64,000 bases of DNA from contig NMRA01000379.1 in NCBI GenBank assembly GCA_002633005.1, forward strand, positions 248,001 through 312,000, given 5' to 3'. Position 1 is the first letter of the stretch. Each line of letters starts with the position of its first letter. A model generated the notes under the pieces. It searched no databases and was not told where the DNA came from. It saw only the letters and a program-made list of their open reading frames with translations. The stretch comes from Phoronis australis. Lineage: Eukaryota; Animalia; Phoronida. A program made the translations under genes and the position numbers. Below are positions 22,734 to 34,600 of this stretch, one piece after another.

Positions 22734-24745
22734 TTTGGTCCTGGGAGGGGGGGAGGCAAAGAGGACCCAAAATCCATTTAATTAAACTTTCAAGTGCAAC
22801 ATCCGTTTCAAGTTTATTTCATTCACCACTCGTATTAAAATGATGAAACTTAAGGCGGGAAAATGCCTGCTGTTATTGATTAAGACACCTTCTAACTAAT
22901 GGCCCATTAACGATTTATTTAAACGTTTAATGCAACAAAAATTCTTTTTCCAAAAGATATTGTAGTAACTCTGGGTACCATGTCTATTAAAACCCATTTT
23001 TTCATGGGTTTTGCAGATAAGATAGGGTGTTTGGACCCTAAGGGATAATAAAACTCCTAAAAATGAACTTGTACAAAAGGAATTATAACTATTTTATGGG
23101 TTTATGGATAAGACCCCGTGTGACAAATAACCCTGTTATAGGAGGGGAACTTCTTATAGAAGGATCTGAACAGAAAAGAGGCTCAGGCTTCAAGAAACAA
23201 CTTGAGAGGGAGTCAATCAAATGAGAGCTACCTGTCTTCTACTGTCCACTTCTAGATGGAAGGGGAGTGTATTTCAGGGTGATGGGAGAGTGCACTTGGT
23301 ACGTTGTTAAAGTTGGAGAAATATGCACAGAATCAGTTCCATCTAATTGTAATCACTCAGAAGCCAATACCAAAATTATCCTTCATATGATTGATGCACA
23401 CAAGTCCACACCTGGCGACATGGTTATAAGACCTTCTGACACAGACATTCCAGTTCTGCTCCTACACCAATCCATGTCCATTGAATTACATCCATGGTGT
23501 GGATGGAAGTTGGAACTAGAGGACAAGATGATCTGCGTTACTTGAATGTCACTAAGATTGCTACTTGGATAGGCCAAAGTATGTTGTGCTACACTCCTCT
23601 ACACACTTTGACTGGATGTGACTATACTTGTGCATTTGTAAGTGAAGGAAAGAACAGACCACATCCAATTGTGGCAAAACGTGATATGTTTCAGAGATTT
23701 TTGCTTCAGTGAGACTATGTCCCAACAGAAGAAGTCATCAAAATTTTGCAGGATTTTGATAGTATGCTCTACAGAGCGCTTAAACTTGTCCCACTCAACG
23801 AGCACCGGTTAACATGATTGACAAAACCTACAAATGAAAGTCGACGCTATGCACCCATTCGAGAAGCTCAAAAGCATCAAGGGCAGCAATATTTCACCGT
23901 TTGAAGCTGAACTAGCACTTCACGTAGATAAAAGTGCATTTTTGCTAGACTATGGGGTAGTGCTCTTTTCCAAATCTTGGACAAAACACCCGCCAATGGA
24001 CGAGAAAATGTTGGCAGTGAATTTTGCATGATTTGATTCAGTAGATAACTGATGTCCCCTGCGGTCATTCCAAAGGTTAAAGTCAAAACAGAGCCACATG
24101 ACAATGGTGGCTGTGGTGAGAGAGATGAGATGATATGGACAATGATGTAGATGAAAACTGATCTTTCAAGAATAATGGAGCCGCGAAGAGAGTGATGACG
24201 ATCACGACTTTGATGTTTGCAATTAAATTACACCACAGTTAATAATTGTTATTGCCTTTTGAATTAAGGTTTTATCGTATGAAACAATAGATTGTGTCAT
24301 GCATCACAATGCCATGTACTTTCATTTCTTGCCCCTAGATATGCTTCAAGCAGCTTAGCTTTAATTTGAAGTTACCCCAGATGTATCTTAACTTATGTTT
24401 TTGTTTCATTTTTGTTGTATTTGAGAGTAAATTCAATTTGGTCATATGTTCAGATGTATTTGAAATTAATATGTTTTATCCATAGTAGTAATCAAAGTTG
24501 TCATATTTCCTCTTTTATACAAGTTCATTTTTGGGGGTCTTCTTATCCCTTTGGGTCAAAACACCCCCGTCTTAACCACAAACCCCTGGAAAAATCCAGG
24601 TGTGGATATGGTGTCCAGAGTTACTAAAGTATCTTTTGGATAAAGATTTTTTTTTGCAATTAAAAGCTTAGAACAAATTCTTAATTGGCCGTTAATTAAC
24701 AATTGTCCTAATCAATTTCATGAGAATCTTTCATGTCGTAAGTTA
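22734..24745 (+). repeat. Copy 1 of a ~2-kb near-identical direct duplication (copy 2 at 25264-27234)
   Basis: Colinear throughout, with scattered substitutions and small indels. Copy 2 starts right after the single N at 25263. Confidence 0.95.
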
Positions 24746-25262
24746 CCGTAATCGTTCGGGTTAACGCCCATGCTCAGTTAACCGCCCACCCCTACTTTAG
24801 GTGGATTTTCGATTTAACCGCCCACTGCTCGGTTAACCGCCCCCCTGCTATTTTTGAATATTTCCAATTAAGCGCCCACCTCTCGGTTAAGCGCCCATCC
24901 CCTACTTTTGACGATTGGTGATTACTGCCCTGTGCTAATAGGAAACGCGAATCCCCGATCTTTTAGATCGATGATAACATTGAGTGCAACGACGGCCTCA
25001 GAGACCGCGGTTTAGCAATGTGAATTATGATACCAGTAACAAATTATTGTAACGGGTCATCGATTAACTTCAAAATGTAATACTTGAACACTTTGTCACT
25101 TTCTTTTCTTCTCATGTTCGCAAACTTTAGGAACCGCGCTGGCGTCTACACCTCCACTTTCAGCCACAATCTCTGCCGCACTGAGTTATCGACTACAGTG
25201 CACTATATAAAAGATGCATTCGAAATAACCAGGTCAGAGAAATGTGACATTGGTTTTGCCAA
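24746..25262 (+). mobile_element. Left end of a TA-inserted CCGTA-terminus DNA transposon (Tc1/mariner/pogo-like), truncated at an N join
   Basis: TA|CCGTAATCG followed by multiple subterminal ttaaccgccc / ttaagcgccc repeats. It is absent from the homologous site in copy 2 (27231-27236). Confidence 0.75.
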
Positions 25263-27270
25263 NTTTGGTCCTGGGAGGGGGGGAGGCAAAGTGGACCCAA
25301 AATCCATTTAATTAAACTTTCAAGTGCAACATCCGTTTCAAGTTTATTTCATTCACCACTCGTATTAAAATGATGAAACTTAAGACGGGAAAATGCCTGC
25401 TGTTATTGATTAAGACACCTGCTAACTAATGGCCCATTAACGATTTATTTAAACGTTTAATGCAACAAAAATTCTTTTTCCAAAAGATATTGTAGTAACT
25501 CTGGGTACCATGTCTATTAAAACCCAATTTTTCATGGGTTTTGCAGATAAGATAGGGTGTTTGGACCCTAAGGGATAATAAAACCCCTAAAAATGAACTT
25601 GTACAAAAGGAAATATAACTATTTTATGGGTTTACGGATAAGACCCCGTGTGACAAATAACCCTAGTGTAGGAGGGGAACTTTTTATAGAAGAATCTGAA
25701 CAGAAAAGAGGCTCAGGCTTCAAGAAACAACTTGAGAGGGAGTCAATCAAATGAGAGCTACCTGTCTATCTCACCAAGGATTGGTTGAGCAACTTCTACT
25801 GTCCACTTCTAGATGGAAGGGGAGTGTATTTCAGGGTGATGGGAGAGTGCACTTGGTACGTCGTTAAAGTTGGAGAAATATGCACAGAATCAGTTCCATC
25901 TAATTGTAATCACTCAGAAGCCGATACCAAAACTATCCTTCATATGATTGATGCACACAAGTCCTCACCTGGCAACATGGTTATAAGACCTTCTGGCACA
26001 GACATTCCAGTTCTGCTCCTACACCATGTCTATTGAATTACATCCATGGTGTGGATGGAAGTTGGAACTAGAGGACAAGATGATCTGCGTTATTTGAATG
26101 TCACTAAGATTGCTACTTGGATAGGCCAAAGTATGTTGTGCTGCACTCCTCTACACACTTTGACTGGATGTGACTATACTTGTGCATTTGTAAGTGAAGG
26201 AAAGAACAGACTAATGCAATTGTGGCAAAACGTGATATGTTTCAGAGATTTTTGCTTCAGTGAGACTCGATGTCCCAACAGGAGAAGTCATCAAAATTTT
26301 TCAGGATTTTGATAGTATGTTCTACAGAGCACTTAAACTTGTCCCACTCAACGAGCACCGGTTAACATGATTGACAAAACCTACAAATGAAAGTCAACGC
26401 TATGCACCCATTTGAGAAGCTTAAAAGCATCAAGGGCAGCAATATTTCACCGTTTGAAGCTGAACTAGCACTTCACGTAGATAAAAGTGCATTTTTTGCT
26501 AGACTATGGGGTAGTGCTCTTTTCCAAATCTTGGACAAAACACCCGCCAATGGACGAGAAAATGTTGGCAGCGAATTTTGCATGATTTGATTCAGTAGAG
26601 AACTGATGTCCCCTGCGGTCATTCCAAAGGTTCAAGTCAAAACAGAGCCAGATGACAATGGTGGCTGTGGTGAGAGAGATGATGATATAGACAACGATGT
26701 AGATGAAGATAGTGATCTTCCAAGAATAATGGAGCCGCGAAGAGAGTGATGACAATCACGACTTTAATGTTTGCATTTAAATTACACCACGGTTAATAAT
26801 TGTTATTGCCTTTTGAATTTAGGTTTTATCGTATGAAACAATAGACTGTGTCATGCATCACAATCCCATGTACTTTCATTTCTTGCCCCTAGATATGCTT
26901 CAAGCAGCTTAGCTTTAATTTGAAGTTACCCCAGATGTATCTTAACTTATGTTTTTGTTTCATTTTTGTTGTATTTGAGAGTAAATTCAATTTGGTCATA
27001 TCTTCAGATGTATTTGAAATTAATATGTTTTATCCATAGTAGTAATAAAAGTTGTCATATTTCCTCTTTTATACAAGTTCATTTTTGGGGGTCAAAACAC
27101 CCCCATCTTGTCCACAAACCCTGGAAAAATCCAGATTTTTTTTTGCAATTAAAAGCTTAGAACAAATTCTTAATTGGCCGTTAATTAACAATTGTCCTAA
27201 TCAATTACATGAGAATCTTTCATGTCGTAAGTTATATTTATGTTCATTTGAAAAGTTTTATCCACAGTAG

Positions 27271-27971
27271 TGTCAGAGTGGACTGACACTGTTCTTAGTT
27301 TAATTATTTTGTTCTCTTGTACTGTGTGTGTTCAAGCAGATAGTTTTTGATTGGCATGACCCCTGAGGTCAGGACGGCGATGATGTAATTTGCTTACCAA
27401 AGAATAGTGCAAAACATTGTTGAAGATTCTAGCATGTAAGTGATTAATGTAATCTGGAACATTTTAAAGCCTAGTATATGTCTATAGAATGATTGTGTAG
27501 ATTCCGAAAAGTTCTAGAATGTGCTTGAATTGGTGGAAAGTTCTAGAGACCATAAGTACCTAGGTACGGGTTTGTGACAGTTAGTTAAAAGTTTAAACCA
27601 GTGGAAAGTGAGTTGAAGATCAGTTAAGGTAAGTTAAAGTTAGTTACAAGAGAGTTGCAGTTGACTTAAACTGAAGCGAATCAGCTGTTACAGCGATAGT
27701 CAATAGAGATCCAGCTACAAAGACAGCAGGTTATTGAATCAGTGAATGTAAGAGTTACTGAAAGTGTCTCAGAAGTTCATCACAAGTCAAGGCTTCGCAG
27801 CACTGGCTGGAGCATAAAACACACATTACGTCGGACATTATGTTTGAGTAGGCTTGTGAACATACGGTTGAAGTCATTAATTTGAACCAGTCTTCAGTCA
27901 ATCCTCACACTCAAGGCTATTAGCACTTGTCAGTGACGTGTACCCACCCACACACGGGGAAAAAGGTGACA
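27271..27971 (+). mobile_element. Solo LTR (Gypsy-like) nested in the Academ-like element
   Basis: TGTCA...TGACA termini, ~700 bp, repeated GAAnnTTCtaGAA motifs, TATA-like cataagta at ~27551. The flanking 5-mers match only imperfectly (agtag / agttt). Confidence 0.65.
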
Positions 27972-28673
27972 AGTTTTAATAAAAAAATTCCTAGTTCCTC
28001 TTTTATTAGTTCATTTTTGAGGATTTTCTTATCCCTTGGGTCAAAATACCTCGTCTTATCTGCAAACCCCAGGAAAAATGGTGTCTGCAGTTGAGGATGT
28101 GGTGTCCAGGGTTACTAAGCTATCTTTTGGAAAAAGAATTTTTGTTGCACTTTAAAGTTTAAATAAAATGTTAATTGAATGTTAATTAGTAGGCCTCTTA
28201 GTTAATAACTTTAGGCATTTTTGCATCTTAAGTTACATCATTTTAATTTGAGTGAAATAAACTTGAAATTCTAAAAAAGTCCTGCTGGCTCCAACTAATG
28301 GTGAGCGTCATTGTTATGTATTGACAAAAACTGATGAATGCCTGCTCTCGTTTCTACTTTTTCTTAATTTCCACTTTACAAATACTTTTTCCTACTTCTT
28401 TGAAAATGTGACTTACCTTATTCTTACTTTTTGCCTAAAACTGCTTGAAAGCCTTTTTAAATGAAAAGAAAATTTCTGCAGTAGGTCATATTGTGTCCTA
28501 AATTGATATTGTGAGTTGGCAGTTTGGGAATTGGACGTCTAGCTGTTTGCATTGCTAGAGAGTGTGGTGTTCCCGCATGTATTGCTGGAGAGTGGTGTTC
28601 CCTCATAACATTCAGCCATTTACTACTGTGTTTCTTTTGCAGACGCACCAGCAAGTAACAGTGCTGACTGATA

Positions 28674-31600
28674 ATGGTGACCTCTTTTGTTGAAGGATGG
28701 GACTTCGTCCAAACTTTGGGAGAGGGGGCATTTGGGGAGTTAGTATTCCATCTTGGCATTAGCCTAGATTGTGTGATATTCACTTGTTCCTTTCACATCT
28801 GATTAATAGATCTAAGGAATACTGTAATGTTTTGCCGAGTTGCTTTTAATTGCCCTAGACGCATTCACTGTGTTAAGAACTGCAAATGAGCCGTAATGAT
28901 GTTTTAAAGTTTCTGTTTGCTCATTGCATATCCTGGATGTCATGTTTAAATCTGATTTTGTCAAAAATTATGTAGCAGCTTTAAACTTTGCTCCAAGTCG
29001 TGTTGTTTTTTCCTTTTTAAGAATTCCCACCATGCATTTTCATAGTTTTTTAGGTTTCATTTAGCTAATATGAAATGAATAACATAAAATCTGACTAAAT
29101 TTGCATTGTTTATGCCGAATAGCCAGGATGGATTTTTTAATTTTGAATACAAACTATTTATTTCCAAGTTTTCCGCCAAATGATGTAATGGGTGGAAGAC
29201 GTTTCGTCACTTGACAATCAGTTGCAGTGATAGAACGCAGCAGGTCAGAAGACGAGGATGATTTTGAGGTAGAACTGGACAATTATTATGCAGGCAGAGA
29301 AGAGAAAGGATACAGGCATCACTCAAGTACTTGAAGAATCAGACAATGAATTTGATTTCCTACTTAGTGAACTCTCCTCGGTTTTGAGGCCACATAAACT
29401 CGACCCACTTGCATGAGAAATGCTGCTGCCCTAGAATGGAAGCTGTTTGTTAGTTATTTATAAATTTGCAAATACACGTACAAGATGGCAAGTACGTCAA
29501 CATAACGCCGTTTTTTGAGTTTGGTCAAAACACGATTCCTTGAAGTGTGCCGAACAAAGTGTGGCGCCCGACTGAATCACATGTTCCATACTGACATCCC
29601 ACACTCTTAAGCACAAACCGACGCCATTTTTGTACAACTTTCACGCTTTTAGGAAATTTGAGCACAGAGACGTTCTCAATCAACCTCCTGTTACCACAGC
29701 CTCCACAAACGCACATTTTCATGTCTGAAAAAGGCGAATCTCCGCGGACTTTCCTCAACTCCTCCGTAGCGCACTGGTAAAAACAAGGATGGAGACGGGT
29801 CTTCCATCCATTGCAACCTTGATAACAGAAAAATATTTTTGTAAAATTTTTTGGCTGTTTCTTACCAACGGTATGTACTAAAGACTATTAAATCTCTTAA
29901 GATGTAATAATAATATTCTTTTTGAGACACAGGGTCATGGTGGGAACTTTTTAAATACTTAAAGTTTTCCAATTGTAGGGTCAAGTTAGCTGTCAACTCA
30001 ACTACGCAAGAGGCTGTGGCTGTAAAGATCATCAACTGTGAAGAGAAAAAAGTGTCCGAGACTGTTCGAAAGGAGGTGGGCTATCGGGTTACTGGTGGGT
30101 TGTTTGGGGTTACTGGTGGGTTGTTTGGGGTTACTGGTGGGTTGTTTGGGGTTACTGGTGGGTTGTTTGGGGTTACTGGTGGGTTGTTTGCGGATACTGG
30201 TGGGTTGTCACTGATTACTGGTGGGTTGTCAGGGGTTACTGGTGGGTTGTCGGGGGTTACTTATGAGTTGTCAGTGTTATGGTTAGAAGGGGAAACATGA
30301 TCGTCTTAGTGAAGCAGAAAGTCTAATTATAGAATTGATGTGGGAAAGAGAAAAAGTAAGTTGTTTTAGGGTGATGAATTTTGAAAAATATGCTAGAGTT
30401 AAATTATTTTGATGAATTCCTAATGTTAACAAACATAATAAGTCTAACCTGTCATGTTAACAAAATTGGTACAATCCTTATCTCAGCATCCATTCTTGTA
30501 TCCCCTTTCTAAAGCAGCTGTACATTGTAATATTAAATCAATTGCGTGAGCTGTAAAGTTATTCAAGATTGCAACATGGATGCATGAACCTTTATTTACA
30601 AAAAAAAAAAATAAAGTGTATTGGATATCCTTTAATAGAATATATTATAAATTTTCATTTGGATGTTGATGAAACTGTCAGAAGAAAATTTGTAAAAAAT
30701 AGTAATGTAAAATATTCAGAAAATTGTAAAATAGTGTGCCACTGATGTTTTTCATTTTGAATGTTTTCTCTTGACGTTTTAGGTTTGTGTTCATCGAATC
30801 GTTGATCACGAGAATGTCATCAAGTTTTATGGCAAAAGGAGAGAAGGAAATTTTGAATATCTGTTTTTGGAATATGCTAGTGGTGGAGAATTGTTTGACA
30901 GGATAGGTGAGTAGTTGCAGTGTTTGAGGTTCAGGAAGAAAATTTTTAGCACAAACTCAAAACCCTTCTCACCTTCCACGAGACACTACATGCTGTGGAA
31001 CTAAGTTTTATGGACGCCAAAATTACCTTTTCAACGCAAAAATGTTGATAATGAATTGGAATTATTTTACACGTTTCAGTCGTAAGAGTTGAGAGGATCA
31101 CCTTGTCATTTTGTATTGTTATGACAGGAATGACTGAAAGTGGATACTAAAAACTGTTTTGGTAATAGTGCCCGAGTAGTTGAATTTCATGTTCCATGGT
31201 AAGGGTGCGTGTGACCCTTGACCTTGCATGAGCCTTCATTGGCTGTGCCACAGATCAAGTTTAAGCATACGACAATGAGACAATGTTCATACAAAATGTA
31301 TGTCTTTTTGGTGCGCACATTCAACAGTAACTGGTCATACTTTGATGTACACATAATGCATTAGTTTGTTTTTTGCTACATGGTGCTGACTCTCACATTT
31401 CATTTGAAAGACGCAAATATTTTAGTCCTGTTGGGAGATTTGGCAAATCATTTTCTCAGTAAAATTTTAATCTCTCTGTACGGTCAGTTATAGAAAAGGT
31501 GTGCTTTTGTTGGATCAGTTTTTAAAGCACGTGACTTCATCTAACTGTAAAGTGTACGTCATGTGCTTAATGATCTTTGTTACTTTTCTTTTCAGAGCCT

Positions 31601-34600
31601 GATGTTGGAATGCCCCAACAGGAGGCGCAGCGTTACTTCAAGCAGTTGCTCGCTGGTGTGGACTATCTTCATGTTCATGGTATAACACACAGAGATCTGA
31701 AACCCGAGAATCTGTTGCTTGATGATGCAGGTGAATTCTGGGTCTCTTGGCCTTTTTGTGGGCCTCTTGGCCTGTTACTGGGTCTCTTGGCCTGTTACTG
31801 GGTCTCTTGGCCTGTTCACGGGTCTCTTGGCCTGGTTGTCAGCCTCTTCGCCTGTTAATGGGTCTGTGCCTATATACGCCCGTGCGCCTAAAGAGGCCCA
31901 TGTGCCTATATACGCCCGAGGGCCTATATAGGCCCGTGCGCCTATATAGACCCGTCCACCTATATAGGCCCGTCCACCTACATAGGCCCGTGCGCCTATA
32001 CCATTTTTAAAAAATAAACTGGACACACTGTTAAGGTTTGCACAAATCCATGTCCTTATCAACTTTGTTTCACCTGACTAAATCTTGTCAAAGTCTTGTC
32101 ACTCCACAGCATTTGTGCAAAACCATTAAAAATAAACAGTGGATAGACGCAACATAACATTTAACTCAACTAAATTTTGATGAAAATGCAATCTTATTGT
32201 GACCAAAGTACCACATACCGTATTTGCCCTAATAAGTGCCCCAGGTGCTTAGAAAAATTCCATTCGGGGGGGGGGGTGGCACTTATTGTAGCCTAATGAA
32301 ACGGGTAAAATCGGAAGCTAGGATTCATCAAATTTACGCTCTGTGCCATATCTGTAACCTATGACAGACTTTCTTCAAAATTGTGTTGCTTTGCTATCAA
32401 AAATTTGTTGTTAAATTACTATCATTTTTCAACAAACTGTGCTTAAATCCCAGTGCGAAAACTTGCCGACTGATGCATCACTGCCTCGCAGTCATCAATA
32501 GGGCAACTTGAATTCTTGAATAAAAATACAGTTTTGACTCAACAAATTACCTGAAATGTTTAAGTTTTCCAAATAGCATCCCTAAGATTTTTAAGTTCCT
32601 GTGGAGCCAGGATAAACTGCAGATCAAGTCCAAATCTGCACAACATGTACATCACAACGTGTTTTATTTGGCACTTGCTGGTCTCACCTTCTAAAAATGT
32701 TCGAGAATTGTCCTGAGGGACTGGATGCGTGACATTTTAATAGATATTTTCCTGGAGATTCGCAGTGTAAGGGTGTGTAAGTGTTCACTATCAGTGGGTC
32801 ATTTTGACTTTAAAAACACCAATTACGATTAACTAAATAATTGTTCTTAAAGATAACACAAAATTTTTTCACGGTATTGGAAACTTTCGGAAAATAGTGC
32901 CAATATTTATTTCTTGCTGATGCTATGTTACCCGTTTTATGAATGGTTAGTTCCCAACTAATGTCTTTGATAACAGGTGCATGTATGTAGCGCGCGCTTT
33001 CTGGCCACGTGCTTTTAACACTGGTCAAATTTTTTGTTAGTCTTCAATTCGCGTTTTTCACTTGTACAATGAAATTTGGATTCCTGTTGAGAGAGGGAAA
33101 GATACAATACAATCCTGTTGACAAGAATGCTGCGTCTGTTCTGAAAGGCCAGACCATAGTGGGACAGTTTCCTTGCAAGATCAGAAGTTTAAATTGTATT
33201 GTCACTGCTAAGTAGCGACATAGCTGCGAGGCTCGTGGTCTATAAATTCTGCGCACTATGATTTTTTTCAGGACTGTCGAATCTTATTAATAAAATGAAG
33301 ACGTTACTGTAGAATTTTAGTACTGTAAGTAAGGCATTTTTCACATATACACATTCATGGGCTGGGCGCTTACGTTTAGCAAAGTCTGAAAATGCGTGGG
33401 GGGCGCTTATAGGCGCATAAGATCTTATTCGGGCGAATACGGTAACTCAAAAAATATCTGGCAAGAGATTCCTCATAGTTTGAGTGTGACAAAATTATGT
33501 TGAAGTCTGGAATTTATTTCGAAAACTACTATACATGTGAACCAACACACAGCCATGTGTAAAGCACCACTGAAACTGAGGAATAATTTTTTTGAATATT
33601 GTGGAAATGGTACTTGTTTATTGTGTTACAAAATGTTTTAACATTGATGCGAATTTTACGTAAATTTCAATATTTTTGAATATGAAAGGTGCTAAGAATA
33701 AACACAATGTACATGATAACATAGAAGTTATGACGGCTTGCACTTATAAACGAATCATAAGTGCCTATATATGTTAAACACTTGATTAGAAAATTTTCTT
33801 TGAAGTAACACATTATTTCGGATAAAAGCAAATGGACCTAAGTATGCATATACTCGCTACTCCAAAACAGCTGGTTGAAACATGGCAGCAGTAAATGTGT
33901 GTTATCACCTGGATGAAGGTCATCAAACATGCTTCAATCCTAATTTGCTGACAAAAACATTGTGTGGACATTCACATTTCAAGCTCAAAATACATCTCCC
34001 GCCACTAACACAAAATTACATCTGCATCAAAAATCAATTTCACATGAATTTAGACATACATCACTTGAAACTCTCCAATTTCCAGCCAGCGTTCATGATT
34101 TTGTAACTGATTGACTATTTCAGATAATTTGAAAATAAGTGACTTTGGGTTTGCTACATGGTTCCGGTTCAAAGGACGTACACGTCAGATTGACAAGTGT
34201 TGCGGCACTGTACCATATGTTGCTCCAGAGGTCATACAACAGGTCCCCTATGACGCAGAGCCGGCGGATCTTTGGTCTTGTGCAATTATACTCATCACTC
34301 TCCTTGCTGGAGGTAATTTCTGCATGGAATGTTTTGTCTGCTTCATCTCGGTGATGATACCTTTAGGAGTGCATCCAACACTTTGGAATTGCTATAAAAA
34401 GTAATAAAAAATTAATGCAGGCAGCATGGTACCAAACATGCACAAGTTGCTCAGGTGAGACAATTGCACCGATTATCTTTTATGCGCCCACATATTTATA
34501 TGTGGGTTCATATTGTCATCATGTCTGTTTGGGCGTCTGGCATCTGCGGCTGTGTATCCTAAACCCCTTGCAGGATTGTAATGAGATTTAAATTTAAAAG

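Larger units (their letters stand above)
22806..28273 (+). mobile_element. Degenerate Academ-like (AcademX) DNA transposon with XPG/FEN1-like nuclease relic and long imperfect TIRs; represented twice because of the duplication
   Basis: Frameshifted peptides CNHSEADTKTILHMIDA..MVIRPSDTDIPVLLLH and VWMEVGTRG..RYLNVTKIA..IG..LHTLTGCDYTCAFVSEGK carry the EAD / SxDTD / TGCD motifs of the XPG-like domain. The left end tttcaagtttatttca..attaaaatgatg.aacttaag..aaaatgcct..ctttttccaaaagata is inverted at ~28090-28270, and the right terminus reads CTA. Confidence 0.7.

Noticed and set aside
23267-26590. XPG/FEN1-like peptides as a host nuclease gene
   Set aside because: Intronless, with multiple frameshifts and stops, and enclosed by long TIRs, so it is a transposon relic.
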